DNA from: Selaginella moellendorffii | Taxonomy: Eukaryota > Plantae > Lycopodiophyta | Length of the DNA: 64,000 nt | Assembly (NCBI RefSeq): GCF_000143415.4 | Contig: NW_003314280.1 | Coordinates: forward strand, 1,550,894-1,614,893 | Direction of reading: 5' to 3' | Part shown: in pieces, positions 24,370-37,539 of the stretch | Position numbering within the stretch: the stretch's first letter is position 1 | Layout of the letters: each line of letters opens with the position of its first letter | The notes under the pieces: model-generated | What the model was told of the DNA's origin: nothing | Seen by the model: the letters and a program-made list of their open reading frames with translations, nothing else | Database searches by the model: none | Made by a program: the position numbers and the translations under genes

Positions 24370-25400
24370 TTGTATGCCTGTGGATTCTTGTTGAGTGAAA
24401 AGCTCTGAGAACTGAAAGGCCAACTTTTCCGCCATGTCCAACTCCTCGCCATCTGGCACAGCCCAGTCAAACGCATGGAGCAAGCTTTCGAGCACGAACT
24501 GGACCGTGGTAGTCCCAAGCAGAATCTCCTCCGTCCCGATCCAAAACGGCAGCACTCGGAAGCTCTGGCCTTTCACATCGATGCCCGGCTGCCGAAGAAA
24601 CCGCTCGGGATCGAACTTGAGAGGCTCGTCCCACCACCTTATGGCATAGATGTTGACGAGCGCTCGAGTTCCTGCTGGTATCACGTATCCCTCCAGCTCG
24701 CAAGCTTGGATGGATTGGTGAGGAATGCTCATGGGCCCTGGGGGATGGAGGCGCAATGTTTCCTTGACGATGGCTTGGATGAAAGTCAGCTTTAGAAGAT
24801 CAGTCTCGTCCAGGCCGGGTTTTCTCTTTCAGCTCCTCCTGAGCTCGACGCATCAGTACTGGATTTCTTACGAGCTCGTCTACAACCCACTCCACCGTGA
24901 TAGCGGTCCCAGCAGCGATCATATCCTACGAAGTTACGAGCATGTCAATCAAGGATTCCCAGATACGGGAAGAAGTCAGCCAGAGTGATACTTCCAGACA
25001 CCGTGAGCGCCTGGAGCTCCTTCAAGAGCATGGACATCTCGGTCTTCCGGACTTGCTGGAACATCGAGACGCGCTTGGCAGTGAGGAGCTCCAGTCGCAC
25101 ATCCAGTGGTGGCCCAGATCATCCCACCTCCTCCATACCCAAAGTTCTCGCTGGCAATCGTCCTGAGCCTGGAAGAGAAGACGTGATCTAGCTTCTTGAG
25201 GAGCTCCATGGCGGCCTCTGGCGGTGCATGAGGCCGCCATGTCTCTGGGAGAGCTTTTGCAAGGATTGGTTGGGGGAGCTTGCCGAGGAGATGGAGATGG
25301 CTGAGGATGGAAGTCCCGGAGGAGATGGTGGCGATTTGCTACCTCGGTTACCACTGACAAGCTTAAGGAAGATGAGAACGCAAAAACAATCCAAAGGAAC
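24370..25400 (-). pseudogene. Cytochrome P450 (CYP71 clan) pseudogene, decayed paralog of 30844-32360
   Basis: PPSPPGLP, LRLHPPGP, FDPERF present but with frameshifts and large deletions; heme-binding Cys region disrupted. Confidence 0.88.
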
Positions 25401-26203
25401 TCCTTCCAGGCACGATGGAAGTATGAACTTCGACTTTTATGTGCAGTGGACTAAGCAAGTCAAATACAAAGCCTATCCATTAGTCGCTGATGTCTACGTG
25501 ATAGAATTCTATAAAGATGGATTTAATCCAATGTCTTATCCTTCTTTTGTCAGGTTTTCAATTCTATTTTTCTCTGCTTAAAACTAATATAAATTTAAAA
25601 ATCGGGATGAAGTTGAGTTTTAACTTACTAGTTGAGCTCAAGACAATAAGCAAGCAAATGATGAAAAAATATAAACTCTATAGTTAACCTTTCAAGTTAT
25701 TTGCAGTTTTTGTGATCTCTAAATGGTTTACAAAAACTACTCGCTTTCAAAGTCTCGTCGTGAAACAGCCACAAAGCTACAAGAGTTACACACACACGTT
25801 TTGTTTAGAACCGGTCTACCACAGCAGAGGAAAAGAGGCCCTCAAACCAACTCATACTGGATCTATATCAACTTTTTCAAAGTGTCCACTGTTTACTGTG
25901 GAGATTTTCGGTTGATAGAGGCAGATATTCTTCCCGGTTTATAAGTCTCCAAACTTTAGATTGCTGCCTTTCACGACTTTTCTCCTTTTGAGCTCTTTCA
26001 CTCAAAACCCACTACTTCACGCCAACGGGTGACATGACATATTGTTGGCTCTGCATGGGTCTAAGAATGTATGAGAAACAATTAAAAATTATCTCTCGGT
26101 GCCATTTCTGCGAATAAATAACAGCGAGCAGAGGCCACAGGTTCACACCAATTAGTTCCTTCTTGAGACTTCACGACATAGAGTGTTCTGAAGTTCTATA
26201 GCA

Positions 26204-26858
26204 ATGGCTTTCATCAAAATTGTCACGGTGGCAATTTTTTGTGTGCTTGGCTATTATTGGAGTTTTGGGTGATGAGGATCCTCTCCAGGATTTCTGCGTG
26301 GAGGATCCAAACTCCAATATTTTCATTAACGGAGTCCCTTGCAAAGATCCCACCACAGTCACTGCCGATGACTTCAACTCCACCATCCTTCGCCGGGGTC
26401 CAGTCACGAACAACACACTGCGAATCCAAGTCGACTTGATCGATATTACAATGTTTCCTGGCCTCAACACACAGGGACTCTCCATTGCTCGCCTGGCATT
26501 TGGTCCATTTGGCGTGAATCCTCCACACAACCATCCTCGAGCGTCCGAGGTCATCTAACTCCTCTAGGGACGCCTCTACGTTGGATTTGTGTCAACTTCC
26601 AACCAATTGTTTGCAAAGGTTTTGCATCCCGGTGATCTGTTCATCTTTCCCAGGGGTCTCGTTCACTTCCAGCGAAACCTGGATAACTTGGACACAGTTG
26701 CGGTGGCTGCGCTTGGAAGCCAAAACCCGGGAAGAACAGACATGGCTAGAGCGTTGTTCCAGACCACAACAAACATCATGAACGAAGCTCTTGAGCCAGC
26801 TTTGCAGGTTGACGAAAATGAGATTGATAACTTACGTCGTGGAGTGAACCGCACTTGA
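26204..26858 (+). pseudogene. Germin-like protein pseudogene
   Basis: DEDPLQDFCV, FPGLNTQG, GVNPPHNHPRASE, GLVHFQ. In-frame TAA (26556) and TAG (26565), and a frameshift in the signal-peptide T-run. Confidence 0.9.
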
Positions 26859-26912
26859 TTCAAAGAGTCAAACTAATAAATGTTTTGCAAAAGTTTCAAT
26901 TAACAAGGAAAT

Positions 26913-26967
26913 CCGATCTTAGTTCAATTGGCAGAGCGGAGGACTGTAGTGGTGCTCAGAAGTCCTT
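26913..26967 (+). pseudogene. Truncated tRNA-Tyr(GTA) pseudogene (5' half with intron)
   Basis: CCGATCTTAGTTCAATTGGCAGAGCGGAGGACTGTAGTGG...GTCCTT matches the plant tRNA-Tyr 5' half; T-arm/B-box and 3' acceptor stem absent. Confidence 0.75.
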
Positions 26968-28067
26968 TCGATTGTTCATTGTTTAAGTTTAGGGCCATGG
27001 ATTCCCTCTCGTAGTTTTTCTTCCTCATGCTCATTCTTTCTCCAAGAATTTTGCCGTGCATGAAACCTGTTTATCCCTATGTTATGGCAGATTTTACAAT
27101 TTTATAGCCAAATGGAAAAGAGGTGATTTATATATCTAATGAGAAATTTTTTTATATCTGAAAAAGAACATATAAATCTACGTGCCACAAGCTTACCTTT
27201 CGATTGACATTGCATTGTCCACCATGAAGCTATCCACTATAAGACAGTTTGTTAGAAAAAACTCATTTGAAAAGCCAATTGAACAACTTCTATTAAAAAA
27301 TTCTATGATTCTACCTCGGTTTATATCTTTGAGTTTTTTTTTTTTTTCTGACCAACATAATATCATAATGTTATATAAACTTTGTTTCTGGCTTAGAACT
27401 CCTCACGACTCGCCCAACATAGTCACAGTGCCCGAGGTGGGCCAAGGAGTGTGGTCACGAAGAAGGACTTTTGAGTGTTCCGGATGCTGCTTTGGAGAAG
27501 ATCAGCCAGCGAGGAGGGGCCAGCTGGGATCCAGCGGACGAAAGGACCGAGACGAAAGAGAGGCTGGGAAGTGGAATGAAACCATCTCTCCAGCTCCAGT
27601 CCAAGTCTAGCACCACATTCCGAAACCTTAAGCTTATAGTTGAATAATCAAAATCTTTGTAACACAACGCATGAAGACAATCTCACTGCTAGAAGATAGG
27701 CATTAGCAAACACGTTAGGCACTAAAAGCAAGCATGTCCAGATGCATTGGGCACATATTAGATGGAAGATAAGATGGATGTTCTTAACTCAGTCCTATGT
27801 TAAGTTGGCTGTTATTTCCCGTAAATAGTGTGGTAATCAGTATACGAAAGCTTAAAAGAATTTTCTGTGTCTACGGACAGCGCTGCTTCTTTGAAGCCGT
27901 TGAATCCAAGTGTTCGATTGTAAAGTCTTTTGTGTAGGCAACGAAGTTCGACTTCAAATCTCTACAGCTAGAATAAGAGTAATGTACGGACAATTCCCCT
28001 GTATAAATACGCATACCAAAGCCTTCCCTCCCAAGCATCTCTGCATCGATCAATCACTAACACCTCA

Positions 28068-28733
28068 ATGGCTAAGCTTTCCCAAGTTTTTGTTGCTCTT
28101 ATTGCAGTTTTTGCAATTGCCAATGTTATAGTCGTGCGGGGTGATGAAGATCCCCTCCAAGACGTCTGCGTTGAGGATCCCAACTCCAGAGTCTTCATCA
28201 ATGGAGTTCCTTGCAAGGATCCCAGCACCGTGACCGCCGACGATTTCACCTCCACCATCCTCCGGGAGCCTGCAAACACCACCAACACTCTCAACATCAT
28301 GGTCCAGCTGATCGATATCACAATGTTCCCAGGCCTCAACACGCAAGGACTCTCCATTGCCCGCCTCTCATTCGGTCCATTCGGAGTGAATCCTCCCCAC
28401 GTCCATCCCCGATCATCCGAGGTCATATATTGCCTCCAGGGACGCATCTACGCTGGGTTTGTGACGACTTCCAACAGGCTGTTCGAGAAGGTTTTGTATC
28501 CCGGGGACTTGTTTGTCTTTCCTCGAGGGCTTGTCCACTTCCAGCGGAACCTTGACCCGGTCAGCGCTCTGGCGATCGCCACTCTTGGGAGTCAAAACCC
28601 TGGTCGCACGGATGTGGCCAGGGCTCTTTTCCAAACTCCAGAATCTGATAATCTGAACGAAGTGATCGAAGCAGCTCTCCAAGTTGACGAGAAAGTGATT
28701 GAAACCCTTCGCGCTGGAGTGAGCCAGACTTGA
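28068..28733 (+). CDS. Germin-like protein (cupin), intronless
   Basis: Signal peptide, DEDPLQDVCV, germin boxes GVNPPHVHPRSSE and FPRGLVHFQRN; TATAAAT at ~28002. Confidence 0.95.
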   Translation: MAKLSQVFVALIAVFAIANVIVVRGDEDPLQDVCVEDPNSRVFINGVPCKDPSTVTADDFTSTILREPANTTNTLNIMVQLIDITMFPGLNTQGLSIARLSFGPFGVNPPHVHPRSSEVIYCLQGRIYAGFVTTSNRLFEKVLYPGDLFVFPRGLVHFQRNLDPVSALAIATLGSQNPGRTDVARALFQTPESDNLNEVIEAALQVDEKVIETLRAGVSQT

Positions 28734-28949
28734 GAAAGAGTTCTATACTTAATTGTTAAAGGTAAGAAAGAATGTTCTGAAGAAATATAAATTTATTAAA
28801 TTAAAAAATCCTTAAAGGATATGGAGTGGAATCAATATTTTAAACTTAAAACTCTACAAACAGAGGCTTCCGCATTTCTCCAGCCGCGTGCGTCGTCGCG
28901 TGGATCACGTCGTCCTCCAGTCGCGAGAGAATCGCAGGCGCGGGAATCG

Positions 28950-30060
28950 CAGGTCGCGGGAAGCAAAATCCGCCATGGTACGCACGCGATCCAGCGCAGC
29001 TTCGCAGGGAGCGGCAAGCGCGCGTCACACGCAACGCAGCCAGGTGGAGCTGATTTCGCGATCCAAGCGCGCGAGCGATGTTGCACGGGCGCTGGATTTC
29101 GCCAAGAGGGCTGACGTGATCGACGACAGGAATCTCCGGGATTAATCGCGACCGATGCTGGAATCGTTCTCGTGGAGTGTGCATTTTCCCAGAGCGGGGA
29201 TTTTGTTTAGGCATTGCAAGCGGTGGTGGAAGGGATCAAGCCCAGCAGCTTCACGCTCTGCGCAATCGTGGAGGCTTGTGGGCGCCACTGCGATCATCCG
29301 AGTGATCCACGAATCCGTGGAGCTGGGACAGTTTTCAGTGAAGGAATGCTGCTGGGATGGATTGATTCCGGCGTATGGGAAATCGGCAGTGTGGAAGACG
29401 CCAGGAAAACTTTTGAGGGAATGGACGCCATAGCTACGTGTGCTCAAGCTGGCGACTCTATGAAAATCCTTTGCAAGCTCTGGAAGGAGTTTATCCGAAC
29501 AGGGAAACTTTCCTCCAGACCTTTTGCTCGTTCCGAGGCCGGATAGAGTTCCTGGAGCTTGGAGGAACATTTACAGACAGTGGGAGCTCGGTCTCAAAGG
29601 AATGAAAATCAGCTGCGCAGTGATCAAGATGTTCTCAAAGTGTGTTGCGCGGATTCGTCGTGCTCCACAGCCATGATCGTCGAGTACGTCGCGCATGGCG
29701 TCAACGAGCCGCGATTTTCAAGCGATTGCTCGGCGAAAATCGGTGCAAAGAAGGAGACTAGCTTTTGCTGCTGCGACCAATGCTTGCACAGCCATGGGAG
29801 ATTTCTCGCAAGGAAGAAAGATCTGGAGAACTGGAGACCGAGCTCCCACTGTCTGTAAATGTTCCCCCGAGTTCCAGGAACTCTATCCAGCCTCGGACGC
29901 GATGTATGGGAAATGTGGAGATCTGGTCACCCTTAAAACAAATTAAGGAATATTAACCATTTAAAACTAGCGCTCGGCACCTTTGGTATCCAGCCCCTTT
30001 TCGACTACATATTCGGCCGCTGCCTATACTCGCAGGGAAAAGAGAAATGAGAAAACCAAA
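28950..30060 (+). pseudogene. Fragmented PLS-type PPR pseudogene
   Basis: Fragments in shifting frames: GIKPSSFTLCAIVEAC, AYGKS..VEDARKTFEGM, AATNACTAMGDFSQGRKI, MYGKCGDL. Confidence 0.65.
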
Positions 30061-30232
30061 GAGATCCATGTACCTTGCGCTGCTTGCTTGACAAAATTCT
30101 GAGCTCGTATGCAGATAAAAGCTCGCTCAAAGGTTGAGAGAGTGATACACGAAAAAAACAGTTTAGATCAATAAACATAGATGGTGGGGAATCTTTTTCT
30201 TACTTTAGATGCGACTTGCAGTAAGAGCCTCC

Positions 30233-30820
30233 ATTTCACTCCAAGAACCCTAAAACAGAACTAGATTAACTCTCGCGCCATTACGGCAACTAAATGTGGG
30301 GATGGACTAGCAGGAGCGGCAAGAATCTCCGGTGTGTGGTGTTTTTCATTCACTCTATTAAGTTTGTTTCTGTCCGGACAGAGAATCTTTGTCTCCTTCA
30401 CTGCATCGAAGGGGCTCCGTTAGAACGCCAAAAATTCCCTGATGATGAGGCAAGCTCTTCCTTTCTTTCATTGTCGTCCTAAACTTTTTAGAGCACACAC
30501 AGACAAATATCCAGCTTCCAACACTGGAGGAACTGACCTTAAGTTTGCCATACAAGCTTCCATTCTTTCAGGTATGGAGTTCGCTTTCTATGTCTTGTTT
30601 TTCTTAAACTTTTGCTGTAGAATTCCTGAAGTGCGAGGTCAGCCATCTTACGAACAAGGAAAAGGAAAATGTCTGTCCGCTTGTTATTCCAGGTCGCCGA
30701 AGGATCGCGAATCTCGATTCTCTACTTGCACAGGTTTCTTTTCTCGCGCTACGATGATTGTCCTCACCAAATCTTTGCAGATTCAACTCAAATTCAATGA
30801 AGACCGTGAGAACTTGCAAT
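30233..30820 (+). pseudogene. IFT43 pseudogene (duplicate of 23381-24300)
   Basis: Co-linear with the IFT43 gene (e.g. TTTGCCATACAAGCTTCCATTCTTTCAGGTA), but exons 1, 2, 4, 6 and 7 carry deletions. Confidence 0.75.
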
Positions 30821-30843
30821 AAAAGTGTGTTTTATCTTGACAA

Positions 30844-32360
30844 TCAAATGTATGCCTGTGGGTTCAAGCGTGTGGACGGCACCAGCCTGAGTGGAGAAGC
30901 TCTGGGAACAGTAAGACCAAACTTCTCCGTCATGTCAACTCTTTGCCATCCGGCGCAGCCCAGTCAAACGCATGAAGCAAGCTTCCGAGCACGAACTGGA
31001 CGGTGGTAGTCCCCAGGAGCATCCCCGGGCAGCTCCTCCTTCCCGATCCAAACGGCAGCAATTCGAAGCTTTGGCCTCTTACATCGATGTCCGGCTGCCG
31101 AAGAAACCGCTCGGGATCAAACTTGAGAGGCTCGTCCCACCACCTCGGGTCCCTCGCTATGGCATAGACATTGACGAGCGCGTGAGTTCCTGCCGGAATC
31201 ACGTAACCCTCCAGCTCGCAAGCTTGGATGGATTGATGGGGAATGCTCAGGGGCCCTGGAGGGTGGAGGCGCAGTGTTTCCTTGACGATGGCTTGGAGGA
31301 AAGTCAGCTTTGGAAGATCAGTCTCGTCCAGGGCCCGGTTCTCTCCGACAACCTCTTTGAGTTCCTCCTGAACTTGAAGCATCATTGCTGGATTGTTTAC
31401 GAGCTCGGCTAGAGCCCACTCCTCCGTGACAGCAGCAGTGTCGGTCCCAGCAGCGATCATATCCTACGAAGTTACGTCAATGACGGGAAGAACACGGAAC
31501 AGTTTCCATACCAGGCAGAGAGATTTGATGGAAGTATCGCTGAGATCTTTTGTGGCCAACATCATGTCCAGGAAATCTCTGTTGGTTCCTGGCTGCTGGC
31601 GGTGCTCGACGATCTGCTTGGCCAGATACTCGTCGAGCTGCTTGTGGATCGCGCAGATCTTCCTGGCTTGGCCGTCCATCCATCCCAGATATGGGAAGAA
31701 GTCGGCCAGAGTGTTACTTCCAGCCACCGTGAACGCCTCCGTAATCAAGTCTTTGAACCTTACCGCGAGTTCCCTCTCAGCGGAGCTCCCAGAGGAGTAG
31801 CTCCGGTTCATCACCATCCTCGTCATGAAGTTGAAAGTGAGATCCAGGAGCTTGGACGTGAGCTCCACGGAACTCGTCTGGGAACTTTGGATCTCCTTCA
31901 AGAGCATCGACATCTCGGCTTTCCGGACTTGCTGGAACATCTCGACTCGCTTGGCAGTGAGGAGCTCCACAGTGCACAGCTTACGGACGCTCCTCCAATG
32001 ATTGCCATAAGCGGCCCAGACCATCCCAGCTCCTCCATACCCGAAGTTCTCGCCGGCAATCGTCCTGGGCCTGGAAGAAAAGACATGATCTTGCGTCTTG
32101 AGGAGCTCCCTGGCGGCCTCGGCGGTGGAAGCAACGAGCGTGTTGTGGACGCCGAGCTTGAGAAGCATGAGGCCGCCATGCCTCTGGGAGAGCTTCTGCA
32201 AGGACTGGTGGGGGAGCTTACCGAGGAGATGGAGATGGCCGAGGATTGGAAGTCCCGGAGGAGATGGTGGCGATTTGCTAACGCTGCCTCGGTTGCCACT
32301 GACAAGCTTAAGGAATACGAGAGCAATGAAAGACGCAAAACCAATCCAGAGGAACTCCAT
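30844..32360 (-). CDS. Cytochrome P450 (CYP71 clan), 2 exons, with a 1-bp frameshift near the C-terminus
   Basis: PPSPPGLPILGHLHLL, AAGTDT, KETLRLHPP, FDPERF, PFGSGRRSCPG; intron 31511..31464. Frame breaks at GKEL(D) ~30935; the natural end ...PQAYI* is at 30844. Confidence 0.88.
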
Positions 32361-34224
32361 TGATTTCGTTGAGGAACGCGCCGGAGACGTAGATGTATCT
32401 TCTAGCTTGGACTTTTATGTGTGGAATTAGCCGTTTGTGTCTGTTGCATTGCAATATGATGACAATCGTGGTGTATGCAACGCAAAATAAAAAACCTATC
32501 CAGTCTAACACGTAACAGTCGCTGGAGACTTCACAGTTATGGCATGTTAGAAATTCAAGTCCAGCTTTAATGTTCAAAGTCCAAGGGCTGGAGGATTTAC
32601 CTTTAGCATCTTAGGACCTCAGAGTGGCCTGGGTGGGGAGATGGAAGAACGTGAGGGTGGGAGTGGAGGGAGTGAGAAGACCCCATTACAAACTTGCAAA
32701 CTTGTTTGCACAGTCTCATGCTTCTTGTTGAAACTGCCAAAACAGAATGTAAATAGATAGATAGATTTTCTGTGAAACCAGAGCAAACAAAAACTTTTCA
32801 CGTTTACTCAATTAAGGAATAGCTGTAAGTTGGATAACAACACCCCAAAATCATAATTTTGCTAAACTCGCAATCTGGTCCTTGTGGATTGCTCCTAGGA
32901 GGCAATTGTCACCAAGGATTGGCATGCTTTCTGACGCTACTGGAGCTCTTCGTGGAGTTTGTGAAGCTGGCATAGCTCATCTATTGGCGGGTCTCCTGGA
33001 GGATTTGTTGGAGATTATAAAGAATGTAAAATCAAAATATTATGTCCATGTTAGAGGGCGACCAAAGGAGTGGGCATTAAACTCCTGACATCTGTGAACA
33101 ATGTGTGTGCTTGCTATAATCACAAACTCATGAACAAGTTTTGCATAGCTTATCTGATCTAGATTGGAATAAGATTGAGCTCTTTGTTGGCTCCAAACTG
33201 TAAGTTCTCGTTGTTTGTCCTTGTTCTTTTGTTGCTAGATTCAAAGTCACGCACACAAGTATTTCTTGAAGGTCCAGGAGAACACGTACCACCTGTGATC
33301 GCTTGCCAAGAATCACGTGATGCTGCTCCTACCCATCGAGGCAAATCGTGACGGATTTGGACCCTTAAAAAAGAAAATTTTCTTTCTTAATAATTTGGGT
33401 AGCAATTTCTATCCAAAGGCCTAAGGTCATCGAGTTTTCATTGAGTCCTTCCACTCAAAGCAGTGAGGCTTTTAGTTGCCCAAGAAACTGATACACTGCT
33501 GTGATTGAAATTGGTGTCAGTGTTCAAGGAGGTACTGCAAAACGAAGAAGAGGCTATACTGTTGATATCCACACTCCCAAGCTGGTATAATATTTCTGGT
33601 AGCATGATTTTTCTCTGGTCTTTGGAGGGAAATCCAAACTACTTGAAGCTAAATAACTAATTAATTTCCTTTTATGTTAAAGTTGAATTTGAAACTTTAC
33701 AAATGCTTTTAATTAGAATTTTTAATGTTTTGTCATTTTAGTAACAATATTTATTACTATAAAAAATTAGAAAGTTTTCTAAAAAGTTTTAAAACAGTTT
33801 TAGATGGTAGTGGATATACCTAGAATATTCTTGGATATTCTAGGATATTCTACCATCTAATGGTTGTTATTTATTTAGATTAATCTTGTATTTATAATTT
33901 ATAAACATATTTATAATTTATGAACTTTCTTAAACCCTTTCTAGTATATTATTTTTTATTTTATTATCTAATGGTTGATATGCAATAAGATTAATTTTGT
34001 GTTTATAAATTATAAACATGCTTATAATTATAAACTTTATTTGATCAATTAGATTAATAAGTAATACTAAAACTACCATTAAGAAAACCAAGCATTGCTA
34101 CATGCAACATGTAGCAATTTATTTTTACTATCTCCAGCCAATTAATAATTATTGAAGGTTCAAAAATATATTACATCAATTAAAGTTTTTATAAAATATT
34201 ATTATTAAGAAAGATAAAATTTGA

Positions 34225-36070
34225 TGATATGAGGTCCAAGTATATAGCTATGATGCTGTATACTAATATTAAAATAGTGAAATTTTGATAGCCATCAAAT
34301 TGGTTTCAATCCGGAGCACTCACTCTTGTATATAAACTAAGGTTTTTGGGTTAATTGATATTCACATTTATGCATTCATATTGGTGGACGTAAGAGGCAA
34401 TTTTGAATGCTCTTGAGGAGTGTTAAGATTTAAGATTTTGATTTAAATATAACTTTTGCATTGTTTAGATCTCCTTTTTTCTTATTGCTTTTCTTAACTT
34501 CTTTTTTTTTACTCTTTCCTTTTCATTTATCTTCATGGCAGAGTAGTAGCCTTCTCCTCATTTAACTTTAGAGCAATAATTAGTGCAATTGCTTAATACT
34601 ATGTAGTTGTAGTTGAACAATCAGACTTAATTGATAGCAACATTCATGGTGTGTGGTACAAGCTTTTGTTGCTAATCCTCGTTTTCGGCCGAAGTTCTTC
34701 TATGGAAGGATGATATATACTATTGGTTTGATCACATCATGATGATTGCCATATATCATTCATGAGATGATGCTTAATGTTTGAGTGAGTTTCCAACGTG
34801 TTTTCAAGGGACGGCATTGTAGTGGTACAATGGTTTGACTACAGCCACTTGTGAGGATTAGATATTATCCTAGATGTCTTGAAACATATATTCGGACATG
34901 CTGATAATTGTGATAATGTTTTCTAACAATTGTAGTATTTTTGTCAAGGGCCATTTGAGTCAGTGATGCAATTTAGCATTCATTTTCAAAGCCTTTTGCT
35001 TCGTGAAAAGCCAAATATGTCAAAGTGGATCAAGCTAGAAATATTCTAGCTAGCACTTTGTCAAGATTTGGTAGGAATTGTGCATGCACTTGCTCTAGCC
35101 ACTCTTGATGATGCTCTTTGCTTGGCACAACATTATAAAATGTCATCTTTTCCACTAGTTGCATGTTCTTTAGCTCCATTTCTTATGGGAGATAGTCTTG
35201 TTCTAATGGAAGTTGATGCTACTACTACTCAAGTTTAAGGATTAGAACAAAAATATGGTCATGGCTATGATGTCTACTGTTGGGTATGTGATAAAGTTGG
35301 TCACACTTATCAGTGTTATCAGTGTTTTCCAGATTGGCAACCTCTATTTCCTAGATAAAGACCTTGGTGTCAACGTCTTGTTAGTGTTACTCCAGTGGAA
35401 GGTTTGGACATCAAGATACATTTGGGAAATGAGGAGTCATACAAATAACAAAGGGACTTTGTGCAAATAAGTCAGTAACCCCTCCATTTTTCTTTCAGGA
35501 GTATCATCAAAGGGTTTATTTGACATCAATTCATTTAATGTTTATTTTCCAAATTCATTTTTATAATAAAAAGTCTCTTATTATTCTCTTTGTGTTGGTT
35601 AATATAGACTCAAGTTTATCCTTTATTGCTCGACCTATTATGATATGTGGTTTATCTAAGGGGCTCTTTGCTCAGTGGAAAGGACCATATCATGTGTTGT
35701 GGCAACTTGGATTGCAAGTTTATGAAGTTCGGCATAACATTTAATAAACCAATCCTTCATAAATTATACATGTGCAACGGCTAAAGCACTTTATACAAAG
35801 GTATTAAGAATAATTGACACCACTTATAGATCCACCAATGCCTTCTTTTGATATTCTTTTGAATCCCGACCTATCTATAAAAGAACTTTAATGGTCTTTC
35901 ATCATTCTAAGAGGAGGGGATGATATGGGTTTAAGTGTACAACTACAATACTATATATTAATATTACTATAATGAGATTTTGGTAGCTATCGGATTGGTT
36001 TTAATTTAGACCATTTGCTTTTGTATATAAGCTAGGGTTTTTGGGCTAATTGATATGCATATTTTTTATA
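34225..36070 (+). mobile_element. Degenerate small non-autonomous LTR retroelement (Ty3/Gypsy-derived)
   Basis: Diverged ~150-bp direct repeats starting TGATATG at 34225 and 35921; PPT AAGAGGAGGGGA before the 3' copy; integrase GPY-like remnant QWKGPYHVL at ~35675. Confidence 0.65.
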
Positions 36071-36849
36071 TTCTCTTTCTATATTCCATGCACTTATAAT
36101 AATTTATTTATTAAATAAATAAATTATTTGATTTTTTTATAACCTCTATAGAAATGTAATATACACATTTAAACATAACATCTAAATAAAGTATAAAGTA
36201 TCTCTTCAAAGTGATAATCAATAAATAATTATTTGATTGTTTTGATGTATTATAAGAAGAGAATTTGTAAAAATGAGCATTATTGTTATGCTAGTACAAA
36301 TTCAATTGGAAAAGATGACTTCATCTAAAAAATGGTTTTAATTATATTTAGTAATGTTATTATTGTTTTTAAAGAATCAATAAATTTTTTATTGTGGGAC
36401 AATGCAAATACTTTTTAAAATGTATAAAATAGTAAGATAAGTACTTTTTTAACCATTATATAAATAAAAATTTTAAATTAATTAATTAAATAAATCAGAA
36501 TATTGAAAAAAATATTTGAAAAAAGTTTTAATTTCTCCAGAAATATATATAATTTCCAATAATTATATTAAATTCACCTCTTTATGGTGTATATTTAGTC
36601 ATTCTCTTTGCAAAATTATAAGCATTTTAATTCATATTAAGCATTTTCCTTTTTGTATAATAAGAAAAAAATTAAACACATCATAATAAGATTACAATCA
36701 AGTAACTTCTATAAAATTTATAATGAAGTTATTTTATGAATCCTTAATAATGAATACTTACTTTTTCTGTCTTATTTAAGGGAAATAAATTCATATTTCT
36801 TTATGCTACAATATTGAAAAGTGTGAATATAAAACTATTCACATTAAAT

Positions 36850-37200
36850 TATCTCTAAAGCCTAGTTTATATAAAAAATAAATTGAAACTAATTTTAAGG
36901 CTTATTACATTAATAATAGTGTCATTGTATATCAAAATTTCATATCATCCACTCCTCTTAGAAGGATAGAAGGTAATTAATAAGCTAGGATCTAAAGGAC
37001 GCATTAAAAGATCCATAAATGGTGCAATACATTTCTTATCCTTTTATATAAAGCCTTTTTGTTGTTATATATCTATATTTTTTAAAAGATTAATTTGTTG
37101 AACATTATACTAAAATTTATAAACTTGTGCCATAACACTTAATATGGTTCTTTTTATTGAGCAAGAAGCCCTTTAAACAAACTATATACTATAAGATTGG
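36850..37200 (-). mobile_element. Inverted second remnant of the same LTR family (3' end plus LTR)
   Basis: Reverse-complement similarity to 35660-36050 (e.g. TCATATCATCCACTCCTCTTAGAA vs TTCTAAGAGGAGGGGATGATATG). Confidence 0.55.
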
Positions 37201-37539
37201 GAAAATAAATTAATACTAAATCATTCATTTTCTGCTTTATAGGTGGACAATGATGACAATTGTCCTAAACATGATTGTGGGTATTGAAAGTTACCTATTA
37301 GTGAATCATTTTGGATATTTTTCTTTTACTATTAAAATGGTATTAAAGCTTTAAACTATTATTAGAATGCAAGTGACTAAATTTTTTACTCTACTTTAAT
37401 TACTTAGCTATACTTTTAACCGCTTGAAAGAATCTCATAACCTCCATATATCTTCATCCCAACTTAGGGTACTTACTAATACCCCAAAGTTAGCCTTCCC
37501 ACTACCTTACCTTAAGGAGTGAAGTGATAGAAGTATGGA

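Noticed and set aside
27182-27667. ORFs between the germin copies, and 32880-33600 fragments
   Set aside because: No recognisable domain or consistent splice model.
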